Shown piece after piece: positions 60,501 to 64,000 of a stretch of 64,000 nucleotides of DNA. Origin of the DNA: Azolla caroliniana (lineage: Eukaryota > Plantae > Polypodiophyta); the NCBI GenBank assembly GCA_043228905.1, contig JBHGNT010000022.1:6820001-6884000 (forward strand). Direction: 5' to 3'. The notes under the pieces are model-generated. The model was not told the DNA's origin. It saw only the letters and a program-made list of their open reading frames with translations, and ran no database searches. The number at the start of each line of letters is the position of its first letter. The first letter of the stretch is position 1. A program made the position numbers and the translations under genes.

Positions 60501-61616
60501 TTAGTGCGCGCACTGAATACTAAGGTATATAACCAGCACTAAAGACCGAGGACAGTTATACCAACACGGTATAACCGAAAACCTGGTCGGTTATACGGAT
60601 GTCGGAGATTCGTCGGATCAACGCTCCACCTCCGGATTCATGTTCTCTCTAGGTAGCGCAGTTGTTGCGTGGAGCGGCAAAAAGCATCCGACTATCACTC
60701 TTTCGAGCACTAAGGCTGAGTCTCGGGGCGCTACCATTGCCACCTGTGAAGCCATCTGGCTTTGATGGCTACTACAAGACCTCCGAATCAAAGTCCCAAC
60801 TCCGATCCTGATCTACTGTGACAACATGAGCAACATGCAGCTGGCCAAGAACCTTGTGTTCCATGCTCGGATGAAGCACATAGAAGTGCATTACCACTTT
60901 GTGCGCAAGCGCATCCTAAGCGGTGAGGTAGAACTCCGATATGTCCAGATAGATCAACAGGTTGCCGACATCTTCGCGAAGGCCCTTGGGACCGACAAGT
61001 TGCAACATTTTGTGAAGATGCTTGGTCTTCAGCATCTCGACATGCCACACTTGAGGGGGAGAATCGGGACTGATACGGGGAGAACCAGAACAGAAACTGG
61101 GAAAACAGGGGGAGACAAGAAGGAAGAGGAAGCCGAGTTGACTGAAGAAGACAGAACAAGCGGTGACGCGGTAGAGTCAAGAAGCACAGAGCCAACCGAA
61201 AGAAGAAAGCCAGGACCCGGATGTGGTCCGATGTGGTAAAGGGCCTAAAGATTGAGCACGAATTGGAGACAGCTAATTCGGACAAGAGCTAGAATGAGTC
61301 AAAGTTACCCGATTCGGAAGCGATGTTTGATTCAAAGGAGCCGGATCAACTAAAGGCCAAACGGACAAAGAGGCAGCGAAAGTAGACACAAACACGGAGG
61401 AACCGACGGGTCAAGATGCACCAAAGTCGTAACAGCAAAGAAGTTGAGAAGGGCCTTATGAGCAGACAAGCTGACCGAGAAGGTCGAGGAAAGTAGAACC
61501 GAACGGGTCGAGGAGCGCGAGCAAGGTGGGAGGATGCCAGGGGGAGACGGAGGAGAGGACCGGCTACCACAGACACATACACTGCAAGCCGACCTCAAGT
61601 TGAGCTTGAGGGGGAG

Positions 61617-62053
61617 TGTTGAGAGAACAAGCTCAACCGGATCCGGATAAGATCAACAAGCTAGAGCCGAACCGGAGTCCCGAACGAAGAACCGGATCGG
61701 TGTCCGAAACCAAGAGCCGGATCCGATTGTAACTTGTAGGTCGTTAGAGACCTACGAATCCAGCCTAGTACATAAGCATATTTTTGGGAGTCAGTGTCAG
61801 TCGCTTGTATGAGCATTGAAGAACCTATCAATACTTCTGTCAATCCTTTCATGGACTTGTATAAAAAGTGCTCACTGAGCACATTGTATGTGCATAGTGT
61901 TATTTTTTTAATTGAGTTTATGCTTTCTGCTCTCTTTGTCTCTCCTGTGTATTCTCTGTTCTTAAGCTTCCATTAAACCTTCATTCTCTGTTTTTATTGT
62001 TGTAATCCGGCTAAGCCAGTTTGTCTACAAGCATCCACACGTTATTCTTTTCA
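61617..62053 (+). repeat. 3' LTR of copia G
   Basis: TGTTGAG...CTTTTCA; matches 47023-47457. Confidence 0.9.
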
Positions 62054-64000
62054 GTTGTCCGAACCGACAATGGTGGTGAATATAAAGGGCAATTTGAGGA
62101 ATACTGCAAGGCCCATGGTATTCAAATCGAATACACTATACCAAAGACCCCTTAGTTGAATGGGTTTTCAAAGAGGATGAATCGAACAATCATGGAGAGA
62201 GTAAGGAGCATGCTCTCTCACGCAAAACTGTCGAAATTGTACTGGGATTGAGGCGATGTACACAGTTGTTTACCTGATCAACAGGTCCCCCTTAGTACCA
62301 TTCTGTCCCACAGAGGGTGTGGATAGGAAAGGATGACTTCTACCGACACCTAAGGGTGTTTGGATGCGTAGTGTATATACATGTGGCTAAGGATCAGAGG
62401 TCGAAGCTCGATATTCATGGGATACTCGGAGGACGAGTTCGGCTACAGGCTATGGGACCTTGTCAACAAGAAGGTAGTGAGCAGTCGGGATGTATTCTTC
62501 TTGGAAGAAAAGACAATAGAGGATTGGGAGCAACAGGATTTTGAATTGACTTCCTAGTCGCCTACCATTACCATCGACGTAAGCCAAGTGAACCGACACA
62601 GTCGGTTGTTCAGAGACTGTCAGTCGGTATAGCCGAATCCGAGTTGGTGGACTCGAAGCAACTAACAAATACAAAAGGGTCGGAGTTGGAAGACCTATTG
62701 AAGTCGATCGAAGAATACGAATCGGAATCAGCTAACTCCCAATGATCGATCGACACATATGAATCCGAGCCGAGAGAAGAGTCGGCAAAGACATTTGAAC
62801 CAGAGCCGACAACAAGTGGAAGGAGATACCCACTCAGAGAATGGAGAGCATCGATGACATATGCCAATCAATACATCCTCTTGGCCAATGAAGGTGAGCC
62901 ACAGTGCTATGAAGAAGCCATAGCTAATGAGCACAAGGAGAAATGACTAAGCGCAATTCAAGATGAGATGGACTCCCTGCATGAAAACTACACCTATGAC
63001 CTGGTAGAACTACCGAAAGGTAAGAGAGCACTCAAGAACAAATGGGTCTACAAGGTGAAGATTGGAGAAGTCGACAACACACTCAGGTACAAAGCCCGCA
63101 TTGTGGTAAAGGGGTTGCAATAGAAAAAGGGTGTCAATTTCGACGAAATATTCGCACCAATCGTGAAGATGGTATCAATCCGAATTGTTCTGAGCATTGC
63201 TGCGAGCATGAATCTGGAGATCGAACAAATGGATGTCAAGAAGGAATTCTTGCAGGGGGAGCTGGATGAAGAGATCTACATGCAGTAGCCCAAAGGCTTT
63301 GTGGAGAAAGGGAAAGAGAACCTTGCGTGTCGACTGAAGAAAAGCTTGTATGGGTTGAAACAAGCTATGTGCCAATGGTACAAGAAGTTTGAATCCTTCA
63401 TGATGGAACATCGGTTCTAGAAAGCACAGGTTGATCACTGTGTGTTCGTCAAAAGGTACAAAGAAGGTGGCTTCTTGATTCTCTTATTATATGTGGATGA
63501 CATGTTGATAGTCAAACAAGACACAAAGAGGATCATGAGCTTGAAGAAAGCACTAGGCAAGTCCTTTGCCATAAAAGATCTTGGACCGGCTAAATAGATC
63601 TTAGGGATGCACATAGTTTGAGATAGAAGTAAGAAAGTGTTGTGGTTGTCAAAAGAGAAATACGTGACAAAGATCCTAGAAAGATTCAACATGTTAGAGT
63701 CAAGGCAAGTTGGCTCTATGTTGCCGATCAACTACAAGCTGAATGCCAAGCAATGCCCAAGAGGGGAGAAAGAAAAGGTTGAGATGAAGAAAGTACCATA
63801 TGCCTCAGCCGTCGGCAGTTTAATGTATGCTATGGTTTGTACAAGACCAAACATAGCATTTGTTGTGGGGGCAATAAGCCGATATATGAGTAATCCAGGT
63901 AGAGAACACTAGGCAGTAGTGAAATGGATACTCGGGTACTTAAAAGGCACCTCAGGTGTGTGCCTTAGATATGGTGTCGGAAAACCCATGCTTGAGGGGT

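Larger units (their letters stand above)
47023..62053 (+). mobile_element. Copia element G (related to D and H), interrupted in gag by chromovirus A2
   Basis: LTRs 47023-47457 and 61617-62053; perfect TSD GTTGT; degenerate iMet PBS at 47458; PPT 61607-61616; gag 47573-48295, rest of the polyprotein 57570-61500. Confidence 0.93.
44974..64000 (+). mobile_element. Degenerate Tork/Tnt1-like copia (44974-47022 and 62054-64000), runs off the window's right end
   Basis: 5' LTR 44974-45604; PBS TGGTATCAAAGC at 45608; gag from 45630; WVIDSGASFH protease; integrase resumes at VRTDNGGEY (62057); RT LLYVDDMLI and VPYASAVGSLMYAMVCTRP. Confidence 0.9.

Overview
This 64 kb window is plant heterochromatin-type DNA made almost entirely of nested retrotransposons, with no recognisable host gene. 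The element types (Tcn1-like chromoviruses, an RTEX-type LINE) suggest a non-seed land plant, but that is inference. Nest 1: a Tork/Tnt1-like copia (1-1861) is interrupted by copia D (1862-~26230). D is interrupted by chromovirus A1 (2667-18728) and by a gag-only tRNA-Trp-primed element E (19287-23785). A1 itself contains chromoviruses C (8845-10928) and B (11851-17772), a 5'-truncated non-LTR insert and an ectopic duplicated block. Nest 2: copia F (~26230-43589) contains a non-chromovirus gypsy (26954-~40910), which contains copia H (29700-35328). Nest 3: a Tork-like copia (44974-64000) contains copia G (47023-62053), which contains chromovirus A2 (48296-57569), which contains an intact RTEX-type LINE (48406-52992). 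The main observations are: (1) LINE ORF1 and ORF2 are in the same frame, separated by a single UAG, with no in-frame AUG before the endonuclease; (2) two different non-LTR elements with a covarying 3' stem-loop both sit in the (GA)n tract of family A LTRs; (3) Tf1-type self-priming signals occur in two chromovirus families, and a U3/R hairpin of the same geometry occurs in two unrelated LTRs; (4) three copia elements share a conserved protein tail after RNase H. All coordinates were read by eye and may be a few bases off.
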